Shown here one piece after another: positions 62,471 through 64,000 of a stretch of DNA of 64,000 nucleotides (the first letter of the stretch is position 1; each line of letters opens with the position of its first letter). Where the stretch lies: positions 64,850 through 128,849 of IMG/VR virus record IMGVR_UViG_3300035670_000017; one strand, given 5' to 3'. The notes below the pieces were generated by a model that ran no database searches, had not been told where the DNA came from, and saw only the letters and a list, made by a program, of their open reading frames with translations. Both the position numbers and the translations under genes were made by a program. Origin of the DNA: a virus. Its lineage: Duplodnaviria > Heunggongvirae > Uroviricota > Caudoviricetes.

Positions 62471-62828
62471 AATGAATAACTTTCGAATGATAAGTAGCAG
62501 TAGTCTTAGACGTGGATTCTGGGATAGTCCAGAATCAGAATACGTCATACCAGACGAATGTTCTAAGTCATTGACTTATACTGACTCTGGTAGAGTTATT
62601 GGTCGAGTACCGTTCTCGATTCTCGTGGACATCCAGACTTTTATTCTATTGACTAAAGGTCACTATTTCTTGGATGATCATTTCTTTCAGCGGCTGTTAA
62701 CAATTAAATATAAAAGGTTTATCAGCATGACAGAGTCTATCGCTCAAATGCAAATGGAACTATTTCAGATCCCGGGACGGGGTGCTCTTCTGACATCACT
62801 GAGTAAAGAGAAAATCTATCTGAGGTAA
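62451..62828 (+). CDS. paralog-array member 5 (125 aa)
   Basis: RVIGRVPFSIL...FILLTKGHYFLDD. Confidence 0.45.
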   Translation: MGSKSDKMNNFRMISSSSLRRGFWDSPESEYVIPDECSKSLTYTDSGRVIGRVPFSILVDIQTFILLTKGHYFLDDHFFQRLLTIKYKRFISMTESIAQMQMELFQIPGRGALLTSLSKEKIYLR

Positions 62829-62866
62829 GATACATCCAATGAACATCAACATTCAAAGGAGTATCC

Positions 62867-63070
62867 ATGCCTTCCAAATCAGAAGCTCAGAAAAGGTTCT
62901 TCGCCGCAGCGGCCCATAACCCTGAATTCGCTAAGAAAGCCGGAGTCAGTGAAAAAGCTGCAAAAGAGTGGCATGAGGCTGATAAGAAAAAGCCAAATGC
63001 TAAGTTACCTGAAAAGGTAAAATCCACTAACGAGGCCATCTATCACAAGTGGTCTCAAAAATCAACCTAA
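62867..63070 (+). CDS. small Lys/Ala-rich protein (67 aa)
   Basis: AAGGAGTATCCATG RBS-start. SEAQKRFFAAAAHNPEFAKKAG. Confidence 0.5.
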   Translation: MPSKSEAQKRFFAAAAHNPEFAKKAGVSEKAAKEWHEADKKKPNAKLPEKVKSTNEAIYHKWSQKST

Positions 63071-63077
63071 GGATAGA

Positions 63078-63112
63078 CCATACTCCACAGGCCCTTAGCC
63101 TGTGGAGTATGG
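63078..63112 (+). other. stem-loop (ccatactccacagg ... cctgtggagtatgg) immediately before the next start codon
   Basis: 14-bp stem with no T-run. Could be a terminator for 62867..63070 or occlude the next start. Confidence 0.45.
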
Positions 63113-63116
63113 TCAG

Positions 63117-63704
63117 ATGAATATGAAAGTTAAACAATACGTTATCCGTGAAAAGTCTGAAATGCTCGCGTTCGCTGGACAAGGTCTGAAAGAGTTCTAT
63201 GAAGAACAAAAAGAACTCGGAAAACTCACATCAATCGCAGCGGCGTGTCGTTTCCTAGATGTCCCTCGGGATATCCTGGCTGCAGCTATTAAAGGTGATT
63301 TCTTTGACGGCCGGTGCCGTTATGTTGCCAACCTTCAAAGATTGTACCAGATTCACTTTGACAAACAAGATCACTTGCCAGAGATGGTCATCTATGTCGA
63401 ACACAACTGCGGTCTGTCAATCAAATTCAGCTCCAAGCAAGACGATCTTGCGGCGGTCCATGTGGGCCTGAAGGATCTATGTAAGAAACTAGCAAAAGCT
63501 CAATCACCTTATTCAAAAGGTTACAGAGAAGGCTTAGCATATAGGAGCGGTATCGATATTGACACCATCGGCAATCTCCTGTCTCCTTGTTTCAAGGGAT
63601 TTCGACTCACCACGTACCTAGACGTTCTTCGGGGACAAGGTTGCATGGTGGAATTCAAGCTATTTGAAAAGATGAAGGATCCAAATGTTTGTGAGCTTAT
63701 TTGA
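63117..63704 (+). CDS. hypothetical protein (195 aa from ATG 63117)
   Basis: ORF after the hairpin. Confidence 0.45.
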   Translation: MNMKVKQYVIREKSEMLAFAGQGLKEFYEEQKELGKLTSIAAACRFLDVPRDILAAAIKGDFFDGRCRYVANLQRLYQIHFDKQDHLPEMVIYVEHNCGLSIKFSSKQDDLAAVHVGLKDLCKKLAKAQSPYSKGYREGLAYRSGIDIDTIGNLLSPCFKGFRLTTYLDVLRGQGCMVEFKLFEKMKDPNVCELI

Positions 63705-64000
63705 AGACCACAAGGTCTCTGTGCGGAGTGAAACGGTTGAAGCCGACGCAGCGCGCATCCTAGTCCAATATCATCGCTTTCCAGGCACTAATTCGACAGT
63801 GGCGCATGCCAGCATCGATGGCTTTGAACTAGCGGTGGAGACTTCTCCCTGTGTGGATCCTCGTAACTTCCGAGAAGACCTCGGGATTAAATACTCCACT
63901 GAGCGTGTCATGGAGAAGGCAAAGAGTAAGCTATGGGAGATCCATGGCGCAGGTCTGCTGACACTGATGAAGCATTATCAGCAGAAAAGCACGGTCGAGC
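63692..64000 (+). CDS. hypothetical protein, 3'-truncated by the window edge
   Basis: ORF overlaps the upstream stop and stays open to the end of the window. Confidence 0.4.

Noticed and set aside
1-64000. Host chromosome or integrated prophage origin for the window
   Set aside because: There is no integrase, att-like repeat, tRNA or host housekeeping operon. A split multisubunit RNAP subunit, intron-borne HNH, a phage-specific promoter family and dense small-ORF arrays all point to a lytic jumbo-phage genome.
63692-64000. GTP cyclohydrolase I / QueD (a T-fold enzyme completing a deazaguanine pathway) for the last, truncated ORF
   Set aside because: No CEHH or CxxxHGH signature was found, so it is left as hypothetical.

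Overview
The window reads as an early-gene region of a large lytic phage, most consistent with a phiKZ-like nucleus-forming jumbo phage. GC is roughly 45-48% and the ribosome-binding sites are Gram-negative in style. Almost everything is on the + strand: about 110 tightly packed, often start/stop-overlapping small ORFs, most without recognisable motifs. They are organised into transcription units by at least 11 copies of a conserved 18-bp motif (yATATACTTyACTTGAGG). The motif sits 16-110 bp upstream of genes and is usually preceded by a strong hairpin plus T-run terminator. I read these as terminator-promoter cassettes for a phage RNA polymerase.

Proteins I can call from sequence:
- An N-terminal fragment of a multisubunit RNAP beta-prime (20565-23757), interrupted by two group I introns. 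The first carries an HNH homing endonuclease, and the two introns bracket a micro-exon that ends exactly at the catalytic NADFDG.
- Immediately upstream, a codon-optimised 642-aa protein with disordered termini; by synteny with phiKZ gp54-gp55 it is a candidate phage-nucleus shell protein (chimallin).
- NAD+-dependent DNA ligase LigA (56359-58461).
- A Cys-phosphatase, SpoT/Mesh1-like HD alarmone hydrolase and Tpt1/KptA RNA 2'-phosphotransferase trio (50347-52138).
- A DHH/DHHA1-Nudix fusion hydrolase (4516-6159).
- A QueC-like PP-loop protein next to a HigA-like HTH protein (38672-39904).
- An envelope module (29273-32745): Gly-zipper lipoprotein, GSP_synth-type ATP-grasp enzyme, SPFH/band-7 lipoprotein and a small membrane protein.
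- A GNAT acetyltransferase (59201-59671).
- Two tail-fibre-like proteins on opposite strands that share a DUF1566-like C-terminal domain.
- Several tandem paralog families, the largest a five-gene array at 60934-62828.

A minus-strand island (14699-17198) is bounded by bidirectional terminators. I found no rRNA, CRISPR array, transposon or integrase. tRNAs cannot be excluded by eye.
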